Assembly: GCA_030153215.1 (NCBI GenBank)
Contig: JASKKA010000002.1
Location: 20,165-84,164 of the forward strand
Reading direction: 5' to 3'
DNA: 64,000 bases
Origin: Trichococcus sp.
GTDB lineage: Bacteria > Bacillota > Bacilli > Lactobacillales > Aerococcaceae
Position numbers and translations under genes: made by a program. The stretch's first letter is position 1; the number at the start of each line of letters is the position of its first letter. Positions 1-8,516 of this stretch are shown here, in pieces. The notes beneath the pieces are model-generated. The model was not told the DNA's origin. It did not search any database and saw nothing but the letters and a program-made list of their open reading frames with translations.

Positions 1-413
1 GTGATCAATTTTTGCTCTTTCAGTTTTTCGGCGATGATGCCGAAAAATTCAGGAGACATCGCCAGATAGAAAATACGGTTTCCTGACAGCGAATACTTGG
101 CATCCAGGGATTCAGACAGGTCCTTCAATTTGACGTAGTGTTCCGAGTCGTTGACGTTGTGGGCGATATAATAGAAATGCTCCGCAAAAGAAACGGCATC
201 TTGCTTATCCTCGGTCAAATCTTTGATGGAATCGAGGACAACTTTGCGGAAATGTTCATCGGACCAGTCTCGTCTCGCTGTTCCGATAACGGCGAAATTA
301 TCTTTGATGAATCCTTTTTTGTATAAGCGAAATAATGATGGATACAGTTTACGGTGAGCCAAATCACCAGTTGCTCCAAAAATAGTGAACAGAGCAGTAT
401 TTTGGGTAATCAT
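1..413 (-). CDS. zwf: glucose-6-phosphate 1-dehydrogenase, N-terminal part (runs off window start)
   Basis: Not in the ORF track. Manual translation of the minus strand from ATG at 413 gives MITQNTALFTIFGATGDLAHRKLYPSLFRLY, the G6PD GATGDLA motif; RIFYLAM follows later. A G-rich RBS lies upstream. Confidence 0.95.
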   Translation of the reverse strand, partial: MITQNTALFTIFGATGDLAHRKLYPSLFRLYKKGFIKDNFAVIGTARRDWSDEHFRKVVLDSIKDLTEDKQDAVSFAEHFYYIAHNVNDSEHYVKLKDLSESLDAKYSLSGNRIFYLAMSPEFFGIIAEKLKEQKLI

Positions 414-676
414 TACATGCCCCCCTTTTATTATGATTAGATTTTATTCATTATATCATTATACTATTATCATTTACTGTTGGCAATGAAAGAAAGAGTC
501 CGTTTTCACATCAACAGTGTCTTTGAGGGTAAACTTTCGCTACGTATATAAATATATTGAAAATAAATTTGTGGTTTCGATTTTCATATTCTTATTTGAA
601 ATTAAGGTTTAAACCTTGCACTTGTGTTATAATGGTAAGGCATAAAATACGCAGAAGAAAAACAAGAGGTGTAAAC

Positions 677-1993
677 GTGGAATTTAAAGACTTTCAATTG
701 AAGCCATTTTTGCTGGAAGCAGTCAGCAAATTGAATTTCAAAGAACCGACCGATATCCAAAAACAAATTATCCCAATCATTCGAACCGGTAAGAGCGTAA
801 TTGGTCAATCTCAGACAGGAACAGGAAAAAGCCATAGCTTCTTGCTGCCCCTTATCGATGCCATCGATCCATCAAAAAATGAAGTCCAAGTTGTCATCAC
901 TTCACCTAGCCGTGAGCTGGCTGAACAACTGTATCAAACGGCCAGCCAACTGATCTCAAACGCGCCCGAGGAAATCCGTATCGTCAGCTACGTAGGCGGC
1001 ACAGACAAAAAACGCCAAATGGCGAAACTGACCAATAACCAACCGCACATCGTCATCGGGACTCCCGGCAGGATCCTTGACCTGATCAATGAGCAGGCGC
1101 TGAAGATCCATACGGCAACCAAGATGGTCATTGACGAGGCGGACATGACGCTGGACCTGGGCTTCCTGCACGATGTCGATCAGATTGCCGGCCGCTTGCC
1201 GGAGAAACTGCAGATGCTGGTTTTCTCCGCTACGATTCCGGAAAAACTGAAGGGTTTCTTGAAGAAATATGTTGAAAATCCTGTTGTTGTCCAGTTGAAA
1301 CCGGAACATATCATTGCACCGGCGATCGACAATCTGTTGCTCTCCACTAAAGGACAAGCAAAAATTGACGTGCTGTACCAAGTGTTGACGATGGGTGAGC
1401 CGTATCTGGCATTGATTTTTGCCAATACAAAACAAAATGCCGAAGAAATTGCTGATGGACTGAGACAACGTGGCATTCAGCCAGCAGTACTGCATGGCGA
1501 TGTGCCTGCCCGTGAGCGCAAACGCATCATGAGGAGAGTCCATAATCTGGAGTACCAATTCATGGTGGCTACCGATTTGGCAGCACGCGGCATCGACATC
1601 GAAGGTGTTTCGCACGTCATCAACTATGAATTGCCGAAAGACATGGAATTTTTCGTGCACCGTACGGGCAGAACAGGGCGCAGCAACCTAAAAGGAACTG
1701 CGATCACTTTATACGCACCAGGTGAAGAAAAAGCCATTGACGAACTGGAAAAATATGGTGTTGTTTTCAAACCGGTCACTATCGAAAAAGAGCAACTTGT
1801 CGAAACTTACGAAAGAAAACGCCGTGAGATGAGAAACGCTCCGAGTCAATTGGAACCCGATCACCGCATCCGCGGAATGGTCAACAAGGCTAAGAAACAA
1901 GTGAAGCCTGGATACAAACGCAAGTTGAAAGAAAATATCGCCAGCCAGCAGAAGCGTAAAAGAAGAGCCAACAAAACCCGCAACCACGGGTAA
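677..1993 (+). CDS. cshB: DEAD-box ATP-dependent RNA helicase CshB-like
   Basis: Motifs Q (PTDIQ), QTGTGKS, PSRELA, GTPGR, DEAD, SAT, ARGID, HRTGRTGR and a basic C-terminal tail. Start moved to GTG 677 after the AGAGGT RBS. Confidence 0.9.
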   Translation: MEFKDFQLKPFLLEAVSKLNFKEPTDIQKQIIPIIRTGKSVIGQSQTGTGKSHSFLLPLIDAIDPSKNEVQVVITSPSRELAEQLYQTASQLISNAPEEIRIVSYVGGTDKKRQMAKLTNNQPHIVIGTPGRILDLINEQALKIHTATKMVIDEADMTLDLGFLHDVDQIAGRLPEKLQMLVFSATIPEKLKGFLKKYVENPVVVQLKPEHIIAPAIDNLLLSTKGQAKIDVLYQVLTMGEPYLALIFANTKQNAEEIADGLRQRGIQPAVLHGDVPARERKRIMRRVHNLEYQFMVATDLAARGIDIEGVSHVINYELPKDMEFFVHRTGRTGRSNLKGTAITLYAPGEEKAIDELEKYGVVFKPVTIEKEQLVETYERKRREMRNAPSQLEPDHRIRGMVNKAKKQVKPGYKRKLKENIASQQKRKRRANKTRNHG

Positions 1994-2004
1994 AAATAAG
2001 GAAT

Positions 2005-2054
2005 AAAGAGGCCGCAAAGCCTGATCGGAAGATCAGGTGCTGCAGCCTCTTTTT
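2005..2054. terminator. intrinsic terminator between convergent cshB and DUF1189 gene
   Basis: AAAGAGGC..CTGATC-GGAA-GATCAG..GCCTCTTTT stem-loop with A/T tracts on both sides. Confidence 0.75.
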
Positions 2055-2057
2055 CGG

Positions 2058-2846
2058 TTAATCTTTGAGGGCTTTATATAAATAGTAAACACCTATTAGC
2101 GCAGTCGCTTCATCTTGTACCATCGGGTAGATGTCGAACCCGTTCAACAGGCTGAAGAAAAGTACCGGAACGACTGAAGCTATCAACGCCATTTTCAGCA
2201 TTTCGCCGAACGGGATCTTTTTCCGCATGAATCCTGCCAATACATTGGCGAACAGCGCGATTATCAACAGTGTAAGCAGCAGACTGAATGAAGAAATGAA
2301 CAGGCTGAAAAGAAGCATGATCACACCGGAAAAAAGCTGATCACGGGAAAAATTGCGCAGCAACTTTTGGAACGACTGATCTGTGATGTCCGTTGCCTGC
2401 TCATATGGCAACCTGAATGGGACATCCTGAGCGTAGAGAGTGAAGGCGTCCTTCGAAAAGACAAGACTCAAAATCAAATCAGGCGATGACATTTCTTTTT
2501 CGATTTCTCTCCGCGTGTAAACTTCCTGACTGTCGAAAGCCAACAAGACTGTATCGGTTTTGTAAATGAAACCTTTTGCAGTTGTGTTCTCCAATTGTAA
2601 TGTGCTGTCCGAAATAGTGAATGAGGGTATTTTGTCCGCTATCAAACCCGCATCCGCCGAAAATTTTTGCAGTGTGGCGTATCCATCCAGGAACAGAGGG
2701 ATGCTGACGGTAAGCGAGAGCAAAAAGAAGACCAAAAAGGCAAAACTTTTTTTTAAAGTTCTGGCACCCAGTAATTGTTTTGGATCCATAAAACTGTCTT
2801 TGACTAAACTGATGATTGAGATTGTGATCACCGCTTTCTGCTTCAT
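2058..2846 (-). CDS. DUF1189-family membrane protein (start uncertain)
   Basis: N-terminal TM, IPSFTI soluble domain and several C-terminal TMs. It lies divergent from sodA, as in Listeria-type synteny. Confidence 0.7.
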   Translation of the reverse strand: MKQKAVITISIISLVKDSFMDPKQLLGARTLKKSFAFLVFFLLSLTVSIPLFLDGYATLQKFSADAGLIADKIPSFTISDSTLQLENTTAKGFIYKTDTVLLAFDSQEVYTRREIEKEMSSPDLILSLVFSKDAFTLYAQDVPFRLPYEQATDITDQSFQKLLRNFSRDQLFSGVIMLLFSLFISSFSLLLTLLIIALFANVLAGFMRKKIPFGEMLKMALIASVVPVLFFSLLNGFDIYPMVQDEATALIGVYYLYKALKD

Positions 2847-2989
2847 ACTTATCCAGTCTATCGAAAATGGATGCATTTAGCAATCAAAAATTGCTACGGC
2901 TTCGAGGCATTATTTTTGATAAAGTAAGCAATTGATGATACAGTGAAATCAGTCAGAAATCACTAAACTAATTTTAGGAGGAATTGAAC

Positions 2990-3598
2990 ATGGCTTTTAC
3001 ATTACCGGCACTACCTTATGCGTACGACGCTTTGACACCATATATCGATGAGGAAACGATGCATTTGCATCATGAGAAACACCACAACGCTTACATCACA
3101 AACGCGAATGCAGCGTTGGAGAAACATCCTGAATTAGCAAACAAAACTATTGAGGAATTATTGGCTGATTTGAACAGCATTCCGGAGGACATCCGCACAG
3201 CAGTAAGAAACAATGGCGGCGGACATGCAAACCACAGCTTATTCTGGACAGTTTTGGCACCTAACGCGGGTGGAGAGCCTACAGGAGCTGTTAAGGATGG
3301 AATCGAAGAAGCATTCGGCAGCTTTGATGCCATGAAAGAAAAATTCTCTGCAGCTGCTGCAGGCCGTTTCGGATCCGGCTGGGCTTGGCTCGTAGTTTCT
3401 GACGGTAAATTGGAAATCACTTCCACTCCAAACCAAGATTCGCCGATCAGCGAAGGCAAAACGCCGATTTTGGGCCTTGATGTATGGGAACATGCTTATT
3501 ACTTGAACTACAAAAACGTGCGTCCAGAGTACATCAAAGCATTCTGGAACCTTGTGAACTGGGATGAAGTCAACCGTCGTTTAGCGGCTGCAAAATAA
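2990..3598 (+). CDS. sodA: Mn-type superoxide dismutase
   Basis: [26 protein letters not shown] and DVWEHAYY motifs; AGGAGG RBS. Confidence 0.97.
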   Translation: MAFTLPALPYAYDALTPYIDEETMHLHHEKHHNAYITNANAALEKHPELANKTIEELLADLNSIPEDIRTAVRNNGGGHANHSLFWTVLAPNAGGEPTGAVKDGIEEAFGSFDAMKEKFSAAAAGRFGSGWAWLVVSDGKLEITSTPNQDSPISEGKTPILGLDVWEHAYYLNYKNVRPEYIKAFWNLVNWDEVNRRLAAAK

Positions 3599-3623
3599 GC
3601 AAAAAAGTTATTGTAATCCACTT

Positions 3624-3659
3624 AAAGGATTCAGGGCACCCGCTCTGAATCCTTTTTTT
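3624..3659 (+). terminator. sodA intrinsic terminator
   Basis: AAAGGATTCAG..CTGAATCCTTTTTTT hairpin with U-tract. Confidence 0.85.
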
Positions 3660-3747
3660 ATACTATCATAATATTGCGGTGGGGGATTGACTGGATTTAG
3701 CGGATCTTCCAAGTGCGATTGTTTTACTTTCCGATTGCCATCGATTA

Positions 3748-3771
3748 ATATATATCTTGTAAGATGTATAT
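3748..3771. promoter_or_regulatory. putative MarR operator (inverted repeat)
   Basis: ATATATATCTT-GT-AAGATGTATAT (11-bp arms, one mismatch), about 40 bp upstream of the MarR gene. Confidence 0.5.
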
Positions 3772-3810
3772 ATGCGGTGAGGATAAAATTGGAAGGAGAC
3801 GGTATAGGGG

Positions 3811-4266
3811 ATGGAGGAATCTATTTTTGATAGGCCGCTGGAGGATCAGCTTTGTTTCGAGGTTTACCGAGCAGCGAACAGTTTCGGTAAATTGTACAAC
3901 CGCGCTTTGAAAGATTTCCATTTGACATTTCCGCAGTATTTGGTCCTGTTGGTCTTATGGGATGAGGACAATATTTTGATCAAACACATCGGGGCACGTT
4001 TAGGTATGGGGATCGGAACGTTGAATCCCATATTGAATCGTCTTGAGAAACAGGGTTGGCTCACAAAGAACCCGTACCTTTTGGATAAGCGCGCTACAAT
4101 CATTTCTTTAAGTGAAAAAGGCGCAACCTCAAAAAAAGCAATCCATTCTGCTATTCTGGCCGAAGTGAATGACTGTAGTCTTGAAGGTATAGATGGCATA
4201 TTTTTGATGAAGCAGTTGAAGCTACTGAACAACGCGATGAATAGGACCGATTCCGAGGCTGGCTAG
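3811..4266 (+). CDS. MarR-family regulator, OhrR-like
   Basis: LEDQLCFEVY matches the OhrR redox-Cys motif; LTFPQYLVLLVLW and a winged HTH with DKR are present. Confidence 0.85.
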   Translation: MEESIFDRPLEDQLCFEVYRAANSFGKLYNRALKDFHLTFPQYLVLLVLWDEDNILIKHIGARLGMGIGTLNPILNRLEKQGWLTKNPYLLDKRATIISLSEKGATSKKAIHSAILAEVNDCSLEGIDGIFLMKQLKLLNNAMNRTDSEAG

Positions 4267-4351
4267 AACTGGAGAGACAAACTATTTTAGGTATCTTGAT
4301 ATTTTCATCATAGATAGATGCAGCAGCAAAACAAATGAAGGAGTTGAAGTG

Positions 4352-5443
4352 ATGTTTTTAGCTTGGAAAGAGATTAAACATTCAAAAACAAGGTTTTCTT
4401 TGATCATTGGAGTCATGGTGTTGGTATCGTATTTGGTGTTTTTCTTAGTGGGTCTTGCCTATGGGCTGGCACAAGATAATCGGACTAGCATTGATAAATG
4501 GGATGCGGATGGCATTATTCTGACGGATGAGTCGAATACGAACATCAATATGTCCATGATGCCCAAAGGAGCCCTAGATGAGGTGGATGCTGAAGAGGCA
4601 GCTGTGATTGGAATAGCTCCTAATGTCATCAGGAAAAAAGGGACTTCAGGTGACGAAGCAAAAATAAATACAACTTTTTTCGGCATCGAATCAGATCAAT
4701 TCCTGATGCCTGAAGTGATCGAAGGGAAAGCTTTCCAGAATGAGGATGAAGTCGTTGCCGACATCAGCCTGAAGGAAGAGGAGGGCATTGTCATAGGGGA
4801 CATTCTTCAACTGGCAGGCTCGGACAAGGAAGTGGAAGTAGTCGGATTCACCGAAGATGCGAGGTTCAGTGTCGCACCGGTTTTGTACACAACTGTCTCC
4901 TCTTATCAGGAAGTGCGCTTTGAGCAGGTTGATGAGTCTGATGAAGGGCGCATCAGTGCGATTGTAGTTCGGGGAATCGATGACACAATTGAAGGGGTGG
5001 ACACCGGAAATGAGGATCTGAAAGTATATCCGATTGCGGATTACATCAATGAAATTCCGGGATACACTGCTCAGGTATTGACATTCGGTTTGATGATAGG
5101 GTTTTTGGTCGTCATTGCTGCTGTAGTGATCGGTATTTTTATCTATGTCCTTACCATGCAGAAAACCAGCATGTTCGGCGTCATGAAGGCGCAGGGGATT
5201 TCGAGCGGCTATATCGCCAAATCAGTCGTCGTCCAAACGTTCCTGTTGGCGGCGATTGGAGTCGGCATCGGGTTGCTGTTGACCGGAGCGACAGCGCTGG
5301 TCTTGCCGGCTGCTGTACCGTATCAAACAAACTTGTATTTTCTGAGCGGCATAGCTGCTTTGTTGGTAATCATGGCCATGATCGGCGGGGTATTTTCCGT
5401 TAGGGCGGTGGTTAAAATAGACCCATTAAAGGCAATCGGATAG
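4352..5443 (+). CDS. ABC transporter permease, FtsX/MacB-like (HrtB-like)
   Basis: MFLAWKEI N-terminus, TM1, large extracytoplasmic domain, three C-terminal TMs, QKTSMFGVMKAQG and KIDPLKAIG end. Confidence 0.85.
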   Translation: MFLAWKEIKHSKTRFSLIIGVMVLVSYLVFFLVGLAYGLAQDNRTSIDKWDADGIILTDESNTNINMSMMPKGALDEVDAEEAAVIGIAPNVIRKKGTSGDEAKINTTFFGIESDQFLMPEVIEGKAFQNEDEVVADISLKEEEGIVIGDILQLAGSDKEVEVVGFTEDARFSVAPVLYTTVSSYQEVRFEQVDESDEGRISAIVVRGIDDTIEGVDTGNEDLKVYPIADYINEIPGYTAQVLTFGLMIGFLVVIAAVVIGIFIYVLTMQKTSMFGVMKAQGISSGYIAKSVVVQTFLLAAIGVGIGLLLTGATALVLPAAVPYQTNLYFLSGIAALLVIMAMIGGVFSVRAVVKIDPLKAIG

Positions 5444-5455
5444 GAGAGACAGCAA

Positions 5456-6133
5456 ATGAAATTAATCGAAATGATAGACGTTTCCCGGTCGTTCGGTGAA
5501 GGTGAACTCAAGATAGATGCGCTGAAAAAAACGAACATAGCCATAGAGGCCGGGGAGTTTGTGGCCGTCATCGGGCCGAGTGGATCGGGAAAGAGCACTT
5601 TCTTGACCATCACAGGGGGGCTGCAGACACCTTCTTCCGGAAAGGTCTTGATAAACGGAAAACCCTTCAGCGAAGTGAATGAGAAAAAACGTGCGAAACT
5701 AAGGTTTGAGGAGATCGGCTTCATTTTGCAAGCCTCCAATCTGGTCCCGTTTCTGACGGTGCAGGACCAACTGCATTTGGCCAACAAAGTCGCAAAGAGC
5801 AAAGTGGACAAACACAAACGTGACGAGTTATTGAAAGAATTGGGGATCCTCGAATTGAAGGATAAATTTCCGAGTGACCTCTCCGGTGGACAAAGGCAGA
5901 GGGTCGCCATAGCGAGAGCTCTGTACCATGATCCATCTGTTATCCTGGCGGACGAGCCAACAGCCAGCCTGGACACGCAGAAGGCATTTGAAGTAGTCGA
6001 GATTTTGGCGAGGGAAACAAAAATGAAGAACAAGGCTACCATCATGGTGACGCATGATGAACGCTTGATTGATTACTGCGACAAAGTTTTTGTGATGAAG
6101 GATGGCATCTTGTCCGAAAGGATCGGCGGCTGA
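5456..6133 (+). CDS. ABC transporter ATP-binding protein (HrtA/LolD-like)
   Basis: GPSGSGKS Walker A, LSGGQRQRVAIARA, ILADEPTASLD and VTHD. Confidence 0.92.
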   Translation: MKLIEMIDVSRSFGEGELKIDALKKTNIAIEAGEFVAVIGPSGSGKSTFLTITGGLQTPSSGKVLINGKPFSEVNEKKRAKLRFEEIGFILQASNLVPFLTVQDQLHLANKVAKSKVDKHKRDELLKELGILELKDKFPSDLSGGQRQRVAIARALYHDPSVILADEPTASLDTQKAFEVVEILARETKMKNKATIMVTHDERLIDYCDKVFVMKDGILSERIGG

Positions 6134-6168
6134 AGCGACTTTGGATCATGGAAAGGGAGGAAGAAAAG

Positions 6169-6567
6169 ATGGACAGCATCAAATTGTATTTCCTGACATT
6201 TTTTGTGTTCTTTTTGGTGGATATAGTCTGGTTGGGGGTATTATCCAAAAATATTTACAGTAAGTATCTGGGCCACCTCATGGCTCCGAATGTTAACTGG
6301 GCGGCAGCGCTGATTTTTTATCTCTTGTTCATCGGTGGTCTCGTATTTTTTGTGGTGCATCCGGCCCTTGTGAAAGAAAGCCTGCAGTATGCCATTTTGG
6401 CTGGCGGTTTTTTCGGATTGGTCGCGTATGCAACGTATGACTTGACAAATCTGGCGACTTTAAAGGATTGGCCAATCACGATCACTTTGATTGACTTAGT
6501 TTGGGGAACGTTTTTGAATGCCGCTACCGCGGGCATCACTTACATTGCGGCCCAAAGATTTCTTTGA
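6169..6567 (+). CDS. DUF2177-family membrane protein
   Basis: Four TMs; D..WLG and YATYDLTNLATLKDWP..DLVWG motifs recognised as DUF2177. Confidence 0.8.
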   Translation: MDSIKLYFLTFFVFFLVDIVWLGVLSKNIYSKYLGHLMAPNVNWAAALIFYLLFIGGLVFFVVHPALVKESLQYAILAGGFFGLVAYATYDLTNLATLKDWPITITLIDLVWGTFLNAATAGITYIAAQRFL

Positions 6568-6605
6568 AAAACAATCAAGATTCAGATGCGGATGGAGGCA
6601 GAAAA

Positions 6606-8396
6606 ATGAATATTTCAACTTTGGATAGCGAAAAGCTTTACAATTCTTTTGTGTCAGGTGCACAGGAGGTCATCAGAAACAAAAACAGCCTGAATGAAAT
6701 CAATGTATTTCCCGTTGCTGACGGAGATACCGGCAGCAACCTCTCTTCAACCATGCATGCAATCATTCTGGAAGCGAAAATCTCCGAATCCGTCAAGGAA
6801 ACGATGAACAGCATAGCTGATGCCGCTTTGACTGGTGCAAGGGGCAATTCCGGTATCATTATTGCCCAATACATTAACGGCATATTTCTAAGCTTGGTGG
6901 ATGAGGAGACGATAACCATCCCTTCATTTGCGGAAACGGTCAAAAATGCGGTCCCCTATGCCTATCAGGCAATTTCCAATCCAGTGGAAGGAACAATCAT
7001 TACCGTCATCCGGGAATGGGCGGATGCGGTATACAGTCATAAAGATCTTTCGGCCAGCTTTTCCGAATTGTTCTCAAAATCGCTTGTCACAGCCAATAAA
7101 TCTTTGGAAGCAACGACTTCGCGGCTGAAAGTGCTGCAGGATTCCAAAGTAGTCGATTCCGGGGCAAAGGGATTTGTCTACTTTCTTCAAGGGTTCGCAA
7201 CATTTTTGAGCACCGGAAAGATGGACTTGGAGGTTAGCTATGAACCGGAAGACTTTGCTTTTAACGAGGAATTGATCCATAGCCAAGGTACGATACACCA
7301 CCGCTATTGTACCGAAGCGCTGTTGTCCTCGGACGCTATCGATCTTGAAGAATTGAAGTCGGAACTGGCACTTTACGGGGATTCCTTGATTGTAGCGGGC
7401 AACAACCGAAAAGCTAGGATCCATATCCATGCCAATGCGCCGGAACAAGTATTCCAGGTTTTGCGAAAGAAAGGCGTCATTCTCCAGCAGAAGGCGGATG
7501 ATATGATCAGGCAGAACGAATCTGCGTTTGACCGGAAATACGACATCGCGCTGATCACGGACTCGATAGCAGACGTTCCGCAAACAACTCTCGACCGCTT
7601 TCAGGTACACATGTTGCCGCTCAACCTGAATTTTGATAATACTTCTTATCTCGACAAGGTTACGATGACACCCGAACTATTCTATCCTTTGTTGGAGGAG
7701 GCCGTTGAATACCCGAAAAGTTCGCAGCCGAATCCAGTCGTTGTAGAGAAGTATCTGGAAACGGTACTTTCCCATTATGATCAAGTCATCATCGTGACTG
7801 TGGCGAAAGAACAGAGCGGAACTTACAGCGTATTCCGGAATGCTGTAGCCAAAAAGCTGCATGAAGGCAAAAAAATTGCCGTGATCGATTCAAAACGGAA
7901 TTCCGGGGCGGAAGGGTTGCTTGTCCTGAAGACGGCAGAAATGATTGCCGCGGAAATACCTTTCGATGACATCGTAGCGGAGATCGAACGCTTGCGGGAG
8001 CGGACAAATATTTTCGTCAGCGTCAAAAATCTGAAATACATGGTGAGATCCGGACGTTTAAGCAAAGTTTCAGGGATGGCTGCAATGTCGGTCAACCTCA
8101 AGCCAGTCGTTTCGATCGATACGGAAGGCAAAGGGTCTATAGCTGAAAAAGCGTTCAGTGAAAAAGGCAATGACAAGAAACTGTTCCGATTGCTGGAAAA
8201 AGTGAACGCACAGCAGAAGATTTCGAGATATGCGATCGTTCATGCGAACAATCCCGAAAAAGCCGAGGCTTATCGCAAACGCAGCGTCACATTGCTGGGC
8301 AAGGAACCGGAATATATCATGAACATTTCGACAATCGTCGGAATGAGTGCGGGAGTCGGCACCGTGGCGATTTCATATATGTGCGAAGAAGAATGA
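6606..8396 (+). CDS. DAK2 (FakA-like)-DegV (FakB-like) fusion, putative single-chain fatty acid kinase
   Basis: N-terminal NVFPVADGDTG, GARGNSG, PVEGTI and VVDSGAKG; middle YCTE/IHIH; C-terminal DegV IALITDS, SSQP, SGT, SGRL and LKPV. Confidence 0.85.
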   Translation: MNISTLDSEKLYNSFVSGAQEVIRNKNSLNEINVFPVADGDTGSNLSSTMHAIILEAKISESVKETMNSIADAALTGARGNSGIIIAQYINGIFLSLVDEETITIPSFAETVKNAVPYAYQAISNPVEGTIITVIREWADAVYSHKDLSASFSELFSKSLVTANKSLEATTSRLKVLQDSKVVDSGAKGFVYFLQGFATFLSTGKMDLEVSYEPEDFAFNEELIHSQGTIHHRYCTEALLSSDAIDLEELKSELALYGDSLIVAGNNRKARIHIHANAPEQVFQVLRKKGVILQQKADDMIRQNESAFDRKYDIALITDSIADVPQTTLDRFQVHMLPLNLNFDNTSYLDKVTMTPELFYPLLEEAVEYPKSSQPNPVVVEKYLETVLSHYDQVIIVTVAKEQSGTYSVFRNAVAKKLHEGKKIAVIDSKRNSGAEGLLVLKTAEMIAAEIPFDDIVAEIERLRERTNIFVSVKNLKYMVRSGRLSKVSGMAAMSVNLKPVVSIDTEGKGSIAEKAFSEKGNDKKLFRLLEKVNAQQKISRYAIVHANNPEKAEAYRKRSVTLLGKEPEYIMNISTIVGMSAGVGTVAISYMCEEE

Positions 8397-8467
8397 GTGG
8401 ATGAAGGCGCAATAATAGCGACGGCGAAGTGCTATTCGGTTGGGTTTTCAGACTCCGCAATGGATAA

Positions 8468-8516
8468 AAAATGAGGAAAGCGGCTAGGAGCACAACTCCA
8501 GCCGCTTTCCTCATTT
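8468..8516. terminator. bidirectional terminator between convergent genes
   Basis: AAATGAGGAAAGCGGCT..AGCCGCTTTCCTCATTT long stem. Confidence 0.8.

Noticed and set aside
138-326. 62-aa plus-strand ORF
   Set aside because: It is antisense to zwf, which occupies 1-413 on the minus strand.
430-480. ATTATCA-rich stretch upstream of zwf as a Fur/PerR box
   Set aside because: Only one half-site matches; it is better explained as minus-strand TATAAT -10 elements.
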